DNA of 64,000 nucleotides from Mobula hypostoma (lineage: Eukaryota). The notes beneath the pieces are model-generated. The model saw nothing but the letters and a program-made list of their open reading frames with translations. It made no database searches and was not told where the DNA came from. The position numbers and the translations under genes are program-made. The DNA lies in the NCBI RefSeq assembly GCF_963921235.1, contig NC_086097.1, positions 37,388,001 through 37,452,000 of the forward strand, in the 5' to 3' direction. Positions 12,869 through 23,788 of the stretch are shown here, in pieces; position 1 is the stretch's first letter; each line of letters begins with the position of its first letter.

Positions 12869-12968
12869 CACTCAGTGATCACTCTATTAGGTACACGTGT
12901 ATACATTCTTGTCAATGAAAATATCGAATCAGCCAATCATGTAGCAGCAACTCAATGCATAAAACCAT
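12869..12968 (+). mobile_element. Tc1-like DNA transposon left-end fragment
   Basis: cactcagtgatcactctattaggtacac...aatcagccaatcatgtagcagcaactcaatgcat resembles fish Tc1 termini (CACTCAGTGGCCACTTTATTAGG). Confidence 0.6.
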
Positions 12969-13367
12969 TTCATGTCATTCACATGTCCAAAACTAACACA
13001 CTCAAATTCTGAGTTCTATCTTGGGAAGGGATTACTAGGTGGGGAGTGGGAGCAAAAACTTGCTCAAAGTCTCCTTGTGGAAATAGACCATTGCCTCTGA
13101 TCGTTGAGAATTTTTGGCACATCACCAATCAAAGTAGAGAGGGGAAAATACACCAGGATGATCACAGTGGATAGAGGGGAGAAAGCAGATGTTGTATAAT
13201 TGGATTTCCAGAAGGTATTTGGTAAGGTGCTGTATAAAAGACATACCCATAAGATACAATATATGGAGTTAGAGGCAATGCATTAGCATGGATAGAGGAT
13301 TTGTTAACCAATAGAGGACAGAGAGGGTAGGGATTCCTTAATTTCATTAGGTAGAATTCACCCAGAC

Positions 13368-13535
13368 TGTTAAGGGTTAAGTTCACTATGTATGTTACAT
13401 GTTACGTTGTATGTTATTACATTTTATGGGCGGGTTTTCTCTTTTATATATACAGTATACAACATCGCCATTTGTTGGCTGGTGGAATAAAGTTTACATT
13501 AGAAGTAATTACGCACGTGTCAATTTTTGTCAACA
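13368..13535 (+). mobile_element. Possible short solo LTR
   Basis: TGTT...AACA termini, TATA-like tract and AATAAA; no TSD found. Confidence 0.3.
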
Positions 13536-13953
13536 CTCCTGCAAGAGAGGGCATATCTCTAGTTGACAGTCGATGGTGAGCGGAATGCTGTGGGGTTGGG
13601 GTTGGGGTCAGTGCTGGGCCCACAACTGTTCACAATATATGTACATTAGGTATTTGGAAGGGGAGAATGAGTGTAGAGTATTTATATTTACTGGTGACAC
13701 TAAACCGAGTGGAAAAGAAAAGTGTGCAGAGGATGCACAGAGACTTAAGAGAGTTGTAGGTAGGTTAAGTGACTGAACAAGGGTCTGGCAGATGGAGTAC
13801 AATGTGGGTAAATGTGAGATCATCCACTTTGGAAGGAAAAATAGAAGATCCAATTATTATTTAGGTCGTGAAAGATTTCAGCATGCTGTTGTGCAGTGAC
13901 TTGGGAGTTGCTTGTGCATGAATTGCAAAAGGTTAGATTCCAGGTACAACAGG

Positions 13954-15975
13954 CAATGGCAGGGAAAGGATGGTAGGGTTAAAGGACTATGGTGTACAGA
14001 GGATGTAGAAAGTCTAGTTAAGAAAAAAAAGAAAAGCTTAAGAAAGGTTCAAGAAACTAGGTGCTGTGAGAGCTCTAGAAAATTACATTGCTGGGAAGCA
14101 GCTTAAGAATGGAATTAGGAGAGCCAGAAGGGGCCATGAGAAGGACTTAGTGAGCAGGATTAAGGAAAACCCCAAGGCATTCTACAAGTATGTTAAGAGC
14201 AAAAGGATGAATAGTTTGAGAATAGGACCAATCAGGTGCAATAGGGGAAATGTGTGCATTGAGTCGGATAATGTAGCGGATATACTTAATAAATAATTTG
14301 CTTCGGTATTCACCAGGAAAAGAGAATTTGGCAATTGTGGGGATGACTTACAGTGGACAGAAATGCTCGAGCATATAGATGTTTAGAAAGAGGATGTACT
14401 GGATCTTTTGCAAAGCACTAAGTTAGGTAAGTCACTGGGACTAGATGAAATATACCCCGGGCTACTATGGGAAGCGACGGATAAGAATGCAGAGCTTCTT
14501 GCAATGATCATCAACAGGGACAGAAGTACCAGAGGATTGGAGGGTTGCAAATCTTGTTCCCTTGTTCAGGAAAGGGAGTTGAGATAACCCAGGACATTAT
14601 AGACCAGTGAGTCTGACTTCAATGGTGGGCAAGTTGTTGGAAAAGATCTTGAAAGGCAGGATTTATGAGCATTTGGGGAGACGTAATCTGATTACGGATA
14701 GTCAGCATGGCTTTGTCAAGGCCAGATTGTGCCTTATGAGCCTGATTGAATTCTTTGAGGATGTAACAAAACACAGTGATGAAGGTAGAGCAGTGGATGT
14801 AGTATATATGGATTTCAGTAAAGCATTTGATAATGTTCCCGATGTAAGGGTCCTTCAGAAAGTAAGGAGGCATGGGATCCAAGGAGACCTTGCTTTGTGG
14901 ATCCAGAATTGGCTTGCCCACAGAAGGGTGGTGCAAAGGGTGGTTGCAGATGTTCGTATTCTGTATGGAGGTCGGTAACCAGTGGTGTTCCACAGGGATC
15001 TGTTCTGGGACCCCTCCTCTTTGTGATTTTTATAAATGACCTGATGAAGAAGTAGAAGGGTGGGTTAATAAGTTGCTGATGTCACAAAGGTTGGGGGTGT
15101 TGTGGATAGTGTGGAGGGTTGTCAGAGATTACAGTCAGACATCAATAGTATGCAGAACTCGGCTGAGAAGTGGCAGATGGACTTCAACCCCGATAAGTGT
15201 AAAGTGGTTCATTTTGTTAAGTCAAGTTTGAAGACAGAATATAATATTAATGGTAAGACACTTGGCAGTGTGGAAGATCTGAGAGATGTTGGGGTCCGTG
15301 TCGATAGGACACTCAGCTGCTGTGCAGGTTGACAGTATTGTTAAGAAGGCGTATGGTATGTTCGCATTCATCAACCGTGGGACTGAGTTCAAGAGCCATG
15401 AGGTAATGTTACAGCTATATAAGACATTGGTCAGACCCCACTTGGAGTACTGTGTTCAGTTCTGGTAACCTCACTACAGGAAGGATGTGGATACTATAGA
15501 GAGAGTGCAGAGGAGATGTACAAGGATGTTGCCTGGATTGGACGGCGTACATTATGAGAATATGTGGAGTGAACTTGGCCTTTTCTCCTTGGAGCGACAG
15601 AGGATGAGAGGCGACCTGATAGAGGTGTATAAGATGATGAAAGGCATTGATCGTGTGGATAGTCAGAGGCTTTTTCCCAGGGCTGAAATGGCTAACATAA
15701 GGGGGGATAGTTTTAAGGTGCTTGGAAATAGGTACCGAGTGGATGTCAGGAGTAAGTTGTTCACACAGAGTGGTGGGTGTGTGGAATGCACTGCTGGTGG
15801 CGGTGGTGGAAGCGGATACAATAGTGTCTTTTAAGAGCCTCTTAGATAGGTACATGGAGCTTAGAAAAATACAGTGCTAGGGAAATTCGAGGCAGTCTGT
15901 GGAGTAGGTTACATGGTCGGCACCACATTGTGGGCCGAAGGGCCTGTAATGTGCTGTCTATTTCTATGTTCTATG
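13954..15975 (+). mobile_element. Younger CR1 LINE, 5'-truncated ORF2 (RT) with frameshifts
   Basis: SLTSMVGKLLEKILK, SQHGFVKAR, MDFSKAFD, RPHLEYCVQFW; (TTCTATG)n tail. Confidence 0.93.
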
Positions 15976-16222
15976 TTATCAGAAGACAAATGAAATGCTG
16001 GCCTTCATTGCTACAGGGATTGAACTTAAGAGCAGGGAGATTATGCTGTAACTGTACAGGATACTGGAGAGGCCACACCTGGAGTACAGCATGACATTCT
16101 GGTTTCCTTACTTGAGAAAAGATAGAGTGGCTTTGGAGGCAGTGCGGAGGTGATTCACCGGGCAAATTCTGGAGAGGAGGGGTCAGCCTATGAGGGGAGA
16201 TTGAATCACCTGGGACTATATG

Positions 16223-16310
16223 ATAATGGCACAATGCTATTACAGCCCGGGGCCTCGGAGTTCAGAGTTCAATTCCGACATCATCTGTAAGGAGTTTTAC
16301 ATTCTCTGGT
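16223..16310 (+). mobile_element. V-SINE head fragment
   Basis: gctattacagcccggggcctcggagttcagagttcaattccgacatcatctgtaaggagttt. Confidence 0.55.
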
Positions 16311-17358
16311 TTACTTTGGTACATTACTGATACATTTAGATTATTTTACTGTCTTATACACCAGGCTGCAAAGAGATTCTTTGTTCACAAGAAGTTCACG
16401 GAGTAAACAGTACATGTGGTATGAATAAATACAACAATAAATACAATGGCAAGTACCAAAAAACAAAATGGGCAAAAGTGCAAAAAAGCAGATCCTACTG
16501 TATCTACATAAATATGCAATTCATCAGTCAATACACGATTTCTCCATTTTTAAAGTGACAATTCTTTTCAAAAGCTGTGAAAATATATTGCCAAAGATTC
16601 TTATTAATAAGAAATGTTTTCTTTTAATGTAGATTTTCCTGTGCATTTTATGTCATCATTGGTAAAAATCTGAAAAAAAAATCCAGTCTCTAAAGGTGCA
16701 AAAATATGCTGTCAGTTTTGAAAATTAATCTGCAGGAAATGGTACTTCAGAACATCAGACAATACAGAGTACAGTGTATATTTCCATCTTCAATATTACT
16801 GCATTGGCTCCTTCAGGTTGTTATAGCCAGGGTTGGTAATGGGGACAAGCTCCCACTACCTATTAAATGCTCCCAACAACGTGCACTTCAAATAGCCTCT
16901 GAGAGCCAAGTCCAGCTCCTGACCTTCATATGTAGCTTAGCTATGAAGCCCGGCAGAACTGTTTCTACTGACAGGTGAAGGGGCAGAGGCAGGTCACTGG
17001 TGCCTTAAAACCAGTCGCTTTGGACAGATGGAGCTCGTGGTTCGCAGCTCAGAAGGAAAACTCTGCTTTCAAATCTCCACTGCCTTGCGGCTATATCCAC
17101 TCATTGGGAAGGTTTTGGGAGTAAATCCCGAGGATAAAATCCAGAGCTGGAGTCCCTAAGGCAGTCCTACAATGCTGACTGCCAACTCCTGCAACGCTCC
17201 TGGTACCAAACTCTGTTGGTCTCTGCCGTTCCTTTGGATACCTAAGAACATAAATACATCAAACAACAGGAATTCTGCAGATGCTGGAAATTCAAGCAAC
17301 ACACATCAAAGTTGCTGGTGAACACAGCAGGCCAAGTAGCATCTCCAGGAAGAGGTGC

Positions 17359-17394
17359 AGTCGACGTTTCAGGCTGAGACCCTTCGTCAGGACT
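17359..17394 (-). ncRNA. Minimal type I hammerhead ribozyme (Penelope pLTR), intact core
   Basis: Reverse complement AGUC-CUGACGA-AGGGUCUCAGCCU-GAAACGUC-GACU: stem I AGUC/GACU, core CUGANGA and GAAA, palindromic ACGU stem III, GUC site. Confidence 0.8.
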
Positions 17395-18024
17395 AACTGA
17401 AGGAAGAGTGAGTAAGGGATTTGAAAGTTGGAGGGGGAGGGGGAGATCCAAAATGATAGGAGAAGACAGGAGGGGGAGGGATAGAGCCAAGAGCTGGACA
17501 GGTGACTGGGAGACCGCTTTGCTGAACATCTACGCTCTGTCCGCCAGAGAAAGCAGGATCTCCCAGTGGCCACACATTTTAATTCCACATCCCATTCCCA
17601 TTCTGACATGTCTATCCACGGCCTCCTGTAAAGATGAAGCCACACTCAGGCTGGAGGAACAACACCTTATATTCCGTCTGGGTAGCCTCCAACCTGATGG
17701 CATGAATATCCACTTCTCTAACTTCCGCTAGGCCCCACCTCCCCCTCGTACCCCATCTGTTACTTATTTTTATGCACACATTCTTTCTCTCACTCTCCTT
17801 TTTCTCCCTCTGTCCTTCTGAATATACCTCTTGCCCATCCTCTGGGTCCCCCCCCCCTTGTCTTTCTTCCCGGTCCTCCTGTCCCATGATCCTCTTGTAT
17901 CCCCTTTTGCCAATCACCTGTCCAGCTCTCGGCTCCATCCCTCCCCCTCCTGTCTTCTCCTATCATTTTGCATCTCCCCCTCCCCCTCCAACTTTCAAAT
18001 CCCTTACTCACTCTTCCTTCAGTT

Positions 18025-18060
18025 AGTCCTGACGGAGGGTCTCGGCCTGAAACGTCGACT
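18025..18060 (+). ncRNA. Minimal hammerhead ribozyme, core variant (CUGACGG)
   Basis: agtc-ctgacgg-agggtctcggcct-gaaacgtc-gact; one core substitution. Confidence 0.6.
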
Positions 18061-18289
18061 GCAACTCTTCCTAGAGATGCTGCTTGGCCTGCTGTGTTCA
18101 CCAGCAACTTTGATAAATACGTCAGTTGTGTGGAGAGGGGGAGCTTGCTACATGGGCAACAGCTTGCTGTCCATATCGTACTGCCCAGGCTTGCGTATCG
18201 AGACAGCTAGGACGCTATACCCATGGTCAGCTCTGACTGACGGAGGCCTCAGCTCACCATTACTGCATTAGGTATCAGAATATACAAAG

Positions 18290-18835
18290 TTAGTCAAAGA
18301 AGGTCTAAGATTTTGCGAATATGAGGGGGCATAATTTTAAGGTGATTGGAAGAAAGTATATGGGGGACTTCAGACAAAACACACAAAATGCTGGAGGAAC
18401 TCAGCAGGCCAGGCAGCATCTTTGGAAAAGAGTAAACAGTCAATGGTTCGGGCTGAGACCCTTTTTCAGGACTCCTTGGCCCAAAACATTGACTGTTTAC
18501 TCTTTTCCATAAATACTGCCTGGCCGGCTGAGTTCCTCCAGCATTTTGTGCGTGCTGCTCGGATTTCCAGCATCTACAGATTTTCCCCTGTTTGTGGGGG
18601 GATTTCAGAGGTGAGGTTTTTACACAGAAAGCTGTGGGTCCATGGAACGTCCTGCATGGGGAAATGGAAAGGCAGATACCTTTAGAGATATTCAGGAGAC
18701 TCTTAGAGAGGCTCATGTATTACAGCAAAATGGGGGGGGGGGCTATGTGGGCAGGAAAGGTTAGACTGATCTTAGAGTAGGTTAAAAGGTCAGCACAACA
18801 TCAAGGGCTGAAGGGCCTGTACTGTTCTATGTTCA
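18290..18835 (+). mobile_element. CR1 3' fragment interrupted by a palindromic pLTR element
   Basis: RGHNFKVIGRKYMGDFR | GDFRGEVFTQKAVGPWNVL; ttctatgttc tail. Confidence 0.8.
18375..18593. mobile_element. Palindromic non-autonomous Penelope pLTR element
   Basis: Arms cacaaaatgctggaggaactcagc... and ...gctgagttcctccagcattttgtg; flanking duplication tgggggacttcaga / tggggg(g)atttcaga. Confidence 0.8.
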
Positions 18836-19372
18836 ATAACTAATGGGATTATTGATTTGATATCAATGAAATCACTTGGAATTTTTTTGCACATTGAATG
18901 ATTGATCCATACTCACACTTCCTTCTGTGTGGAAAAATTAATTTGTGATGCTACCTCTGAACCGCCTATCCCTCCTTCTGAGGTTGCAATACACTCTTGT
19001 GGATTTCCCCAGAAAGATGTGGATTTCGTTGGAAAATAATGTGGTGGACAGAAGGCAAGTTAGCTGTCTGCTGCCAAAGGCAACAGAGCAGTACTATGAA
19101 GGAGCCGAGTCGGGCTGTGGAGGTGTGGATCAGCAATTAAAAGTGAACTGCATATTCCACTGAAAGCAAGGCAGGAACAAGGACATTTATTTTCAATGAC
19201 CTCTCATGTTCCCCTATTAAAGCAACCTTGTGAAGCTGGGCAACTGGTAGCACTTCTCTGTGGTGGAAAATACATATAAAAAGTCTTGGTAGGTCTTATC
19301 AAGACCTGACAGAGAAGTCTCAGAATGTAATATAATCACCTCAGAAGCAAAAAGATCCAAAATACTCTAAAC

Positions 19373-19460
19373 CAGGGGTTCTCAACCTGGGTCCATGGTA
19401 CTTAAAGTCTCTTGCTTAATGGTACAGGTCCATGGCATAAAAAAAGGTTGGGAACCCCTG
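19373..19460. mobile_element. 88-bp hAT (Charlie/MER5-like) MITE
   Basis: TIRs CAGGGGTTCTCAACCT / AGGTTGGGAACCCCTG; diverged 8-bp TSD ctctaaac / ttctagac (NTCTAGAN-like target). Confidence 0.85.
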
Positions 19461-20384
19461 TTCTAGACCCAAGCAAGAGATTAAAGCCAGACATAAAACT
19501 GGTGAACATTAAACCTATTACTTCGAGTAAACACTTTAAACCTCCAGTGCTATGGCACAAATCCACTGACAAGTGTAAACTTTGTTGAAAACAGCTCACG
19601 GACTGGCAACGTGGCAAGAGTTTAAATGGGAATTTGATTGTGAAATTTAAAAGTATTTTTCAGCTTGACATCACCGGTCAGCTGCTGAGGCTGTAACTAA
19701 AAATAAAACTTAAAAATAAATTTTAAAAATGGAGCGTGCAGCTGAGCACAGAAAGTGACACAGTCCTCGGATCAGTTCATTAACCCTTTCCCTTTAATGC
19801 TTACTGTATTCAGTTTTATGAAAACAAAGTTTCATAATGTAAAATGATTATGGCTATTTTGTTGTAAATAATAAGCTTGTATTTTCTACTCATTAAAGGG
19901 ATGTAGGTTCTGCAGGCAAAACAAGCATTTAATTGCCCATCTCCAATTGCCCTTCAGACAGTGGTAGTGATCTCCCTCCATGAACTGCTGTAAACCTTGA
20001 GCTGTGCGGTGTACCTACTTTCATTTAAAAGGCAGAAACTAGTGCATGATCATACATTCCATGAGTGCATAATGAAATTAAAGAGCTACAAATAGGTTAT
20101 TAGTTCTGAATAGGTTATTAGTTGCTTCTCACAATAAGTACAGGTTCCAAAAATATGGGACCTCAGTCCTTTGAAGGGGGCTAAAGAAGAGAATATGAAA
20201 GAGATGACTTGAACAATTCAATACTACAGAATCTGTTTAAAAATAATATAGGGAAGTCGGAGAATGCAAGGAGGAAGAAAGCAATAGTAGTGAGAGACTG
20301 CATGAAGGTATTGCATTTCTAACCCATGCTCTGGGCTCTCCTGTGCTGATGATTTGATACTTAAATAATACTCACCTTTATTTA

Positions 20385-20552
20385 TCTATCTATTTAGAGA
20401 TACATTGTCGAGCAGGCCCTTTCAGTTCACCAAGCCACACCACCCAGCAACGTGTGATTTAACCCTAGCCTAATGACAGGGCAATTTACAATGACAAATT
20501 AACCTACTAATCAGTACTTCTTTAGACTGTGGGAGGAAACCAGAGCACCCAA
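20385..20552 (-). mobile_element. V-SINE 3' part
   Basis: gactgtgggaggaaaccagagcaccc is the reverse complement of the V core. Confidence 0.6.
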
Positions 20553-21034
20553 ACGGTACCCATATTTTCAGTTTTCCCCTAATCTCACTGGCATGCCTTA
20601 AACCTTCCGCTGTCATTTTATTGGCCTCTATCCTACTGAAAGGCGTTAAAATGAATCAGATTTTGACTTTCAGAGCAAATAGGAGTGACCTCTGCTGAGA
20701 TGGCATGGCAGGCTGCCCAGAAGCTGAATTATTTCTCCAGGCTTTTCAATCGGGAAAATTCAGGGCCCCGAAGCCCATGTTTTCACATAATATGTTAGCC
20801 AGCATTTGCATGCTCATTTAAGAAAGTGAGTGGACTGCCCATCTTGTTGTTAACCCCCGAAACTCACACAAAAAAAAACAGGTTGGCTGTAGTTCAGAAT
20901 TACATTGTCCACATGGAGTTAAAAAACTCTTCCCATGGAAGTTGCCATCAAAAAAGTAAATTAAAGAAAATACCTGCAGCAGATGCTGGAAGTAGTGAAT
21001 TTTTTCTGGCATTGAGCCTCTGCATTGTTTTTTC

Positions 21035-21465
21035 AAAGCTCAAAGTAAATTTTATTATTGAAGTACATATAAGCCACCCAGTGATTGATTTTCTTGTGGG
21101 CATACTCAACAAATCTTTAGAATAGTAACTATAACAGAATCAATGAATGACCACCAAACTAGGGCCTTCAACCAGAATGCAGAAGACAACAAACTATGTA
21201 AATGCAAAAAGAAGAAACAATAATATAATAAACAATAAATATTGAGAACATGAGAAGAAGAGTCCTTGAATGTGGGGCAAGTGAAGTTGAGTGAAGTTAT
21301 TTCCTTTGTTAAAGAGACTGATGGTTGAGGGGTAGTGCGAGTCCTAAGGTTCTTGTACGTTCTTCCTGATGACAGCAACAAGAAGAGAGCTTGTTCTGGG
21401 TTGTGAAGGTCCCTGGTGATGGATGTTGCTTTCCTGTGACAGCATTTCATGTGGATGTGTTCAGT
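21035..21465 (-). mobile_element. Rex1/Babar-type LINE 3' fragment
   Basis: KCCHRKATSITRDLHNPEQALFLLLSSGRTYKNLRTRT; family tail present. Confidence 0.8.
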
Positions 21466-21886
21466 CTCGGCCTAATTTCAATGGCCGTCATAGTCATCGT
21501 GTCATACAGCACAGACACGGGCTCCTTGGCTGCCGGTGACTAGTGGCTGTCTACAGGAGCTGGTGTTGAGAATGCTTCTTTTCACGTAATACGGCAATGA
21601 TCTGGATGACAGAATTGATGGCTTTGTGGACAAGTTTGCAGACAAGACAAAGATAGGTGGAGGGGCAGATAGTGTTAAGGAAACAGGGAGGCTGCAGAAG
21701 GAATTAGACGGATTAGGAAAATGGGCAATAAGTGGCAGATGAAATACAGTTTAGAGAAGTGTATGGTCATGCACCTTGGTGGAAAGAATAATGGTGTAGA
21801 CTATTTTCTAAACAGGCAGCAAATTCAGAAATCAGAGGAGCAAAGGGACTTGGGGGTCCTTGAGCAAGATTCCCTAAGGTTAACTT

Positions 21887-21891
21887 TAGAG

Positions 21892-21922
<31 letters not shown>

Positions 21923-22496
21923 CTTTATTAATCCTGAGGGAAATTTGGTTTCGATACAGCCGCACCAACCAAGAATAGAGCATAAATATAGCAATACAAA
22001 AAACCCCAGCAATCAAACACCAAAATGCAAACTATGCCAGATGGAAAATAAGTTCAGGACCAGTCTATTGGCTCAGGGTGTCTGACCCTTCACGGGAGGA
22101 GCTGCACGTTCGATGGCCACAGGCAGGAACGACCTCCCATGCCGCCAAGTGTTGTATCACGGTGGAATGTGGCCAAAGTCCAACAGTAAAAAGTTCAATA
22201 TCCAGTCTGCAAACATGTTCCTCGATCGTAATATACCCCGGATTACACCATCCGTTGTTAACCAGAACAGTAAGCACCGAATTCCTTTACGCTTACCGCT
22301 CTCAGTGCACTTCCGGTCAGACGGAACGGTATTACCCACCGAACTCCTCTTCTCCAAAAGTCTCTGTTGTCTCGACCCAGTCCTCTTTCCTCGGCTTTGT
22401 GATATCCCTGTGTGTGTTTTCCTCCGGATTTCAGCAGGGGTGTCCACCGCTCTGTTCGCTAAGCCAGCCGGTCTTTGCTGGTCCATGAAATACAAA
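21887..22496 (-). mobile_element. Internally deleted non-autonomous Rex1/Babar element with (TATC)n tail
   Basis: APE fragment (VLVNNGWCNPGYITIEEHVCRLDIELFTVGL) fused directly to the 3' end; (GATA)n at 21893-21922; TSD taactt. Confidence 0.8.
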
Positions 22497-22778
22497 TAAC
22501 TTGCAGGTTGGGTCGGTGGTGAGGAAGGCAAATGCAATGTTAGCATTCATTGAGTGACAAGAATATAAGGCAAGCATGTAATGGTGAGGCTTTCTAAGGC
22601 ATTGGTCTCACCACACTTGGAAACTGGTGAGTTTTGGTCCCTGATCTAAGAAAGGATGGCTGGCATTGGAGAGGGTCTAGAGAAGGCTCATGACAGTAAT
22701 CCTGCAAATGAAAGGGTTAATATTAGAGGAGTTTTTGATGGCTCCGAGTCTGTAGTTGCTGGAGTTTAGAAGGATGAG

Positions 22779-23636
22779 GATGTGGAGAGTCTGCGGAGGG
22801 ATATAGATAGGTTAAGTGAGTAGGCCAAGGTCTGGCAGATGGAATACAATGTTGGTAAATGTGAGATCATCCACTTTGGAAGGAATAATAGAAGAGCAGA
22901 TTATTATTTAAATGGTGAAAGACTGCAGCATGCTGTTGTGTAGAGGGACCTAGGAGTGCTTGTGCATGAATCGCAAAAAGTTGGCTTGCAGGTGCAACAG
23001 GTTATCAAGAAGGCAAACGGAATGTTGGCCTTCATTGCTAGAGGGATTGAATTCAAGAGCAGGGAGGTCATGCTGCAACTGTACAGGGTACTGGTGAGGC
23101 CGCACCTGGAGTACTGTGTGCAGTTCTGGTCTCCATACTTGAGGAAGGATATACTGGCTTTGGAGGCAGTGCAGAGGAGGTTCACCAGGTTGATTCCGGA
23201 GATGAAGGGGTTAACCTGGGACTATACTCTCTGGAATTCAGAAGAATGAGAGGGGATCTTATAGAAACAAACAAAATTTTGAAAGGGATAGATAAGATAG
23301 AAGTAGGAAAGTTGTTTCCATTGGTAGGTGAGACTAGAACTAGAGGCCATTGCCTCAAGATTCAGGGGAGAAGATTTAAGACAGAGATGAGGAGAAACTG
23401 TTTTTCCCAGAGAGTGGTGAATCTGTGGAATTCTCTGCCCAGGGAAGCAGTTGAGGCTTCTTCACTAAATATATTTAAGATACAGTTAGATAGATTTTTA
23501 CATAGTAGGGGAATTAAGAGTTATGGGGAAAAGGCAGGTAGATAGAGCTGAGTTTACGGACAGGTCAGCCATGATCTTATTGAATGGAGGGGCAGGCTCA
23601 ATGGCCTACTTCTGCTCCTATTTCTTATGTTCTTAT
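22779..23636 (+). mobile_element. CR1 3' fragment nested in host CR1
   Basis: KKANGMLAFIARGIEFKSREVMLQLYRVLVRPHLEYCVQFWSP; ttcttatgttcttatg tail. Confidence 0.9.
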
Positions 23637-23788
23637 GAATCTCATTGAAACCTATCAAATATTGAAAAATCTGCATAGAGCGGACAGGGAGAGGATGTTT
23701 CCTTTGATGGGAGAGTCTAGAACTAGATAGTACAGATTCAGAAAACAAGGACATCCTTTAAGAACAGAGATGAGGAGGATTTTCTTTA

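Larger units (their letters stand above)
13160..16222 (+). mobile_element. Older CR1 host fragment (13160-13953 and 15976-16222) interrupted by insertions
   Basis: RT motifs on both sides; host reads caggtacaacagg | ttatcagaagacaaatg across the insertion. Confidence 0.75.
17262..18112 (+). mobile_element. Penelope-like element, 5'-truncated: inverted pLTR + GIY-YIG C-terminus + 3' pLTR
   Basis: GDRFAEHLRSV..DLPVATHFNSTSH..KDEATLRLEEQHLIFRLGSLQPDGMNIHFSNFR*; 17262-17505 is inverted relative to ~17912-18112; TSD ataaatac(a/g)tca at 17250-17261 and 18113-18124. Confidence 0.9.
16805..18258 (+). mobile_element. Non-autonomous retroposon (probably RTE-related), split by a Penelope insertion
   Basis: GC-richer non-coding unit continuing on both sides of the 12-bp TSD; agaaggaaaactctgctttcaaa resembles RTE 5'-region motifs. 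Family call is tentative. Confidence 0.4.
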
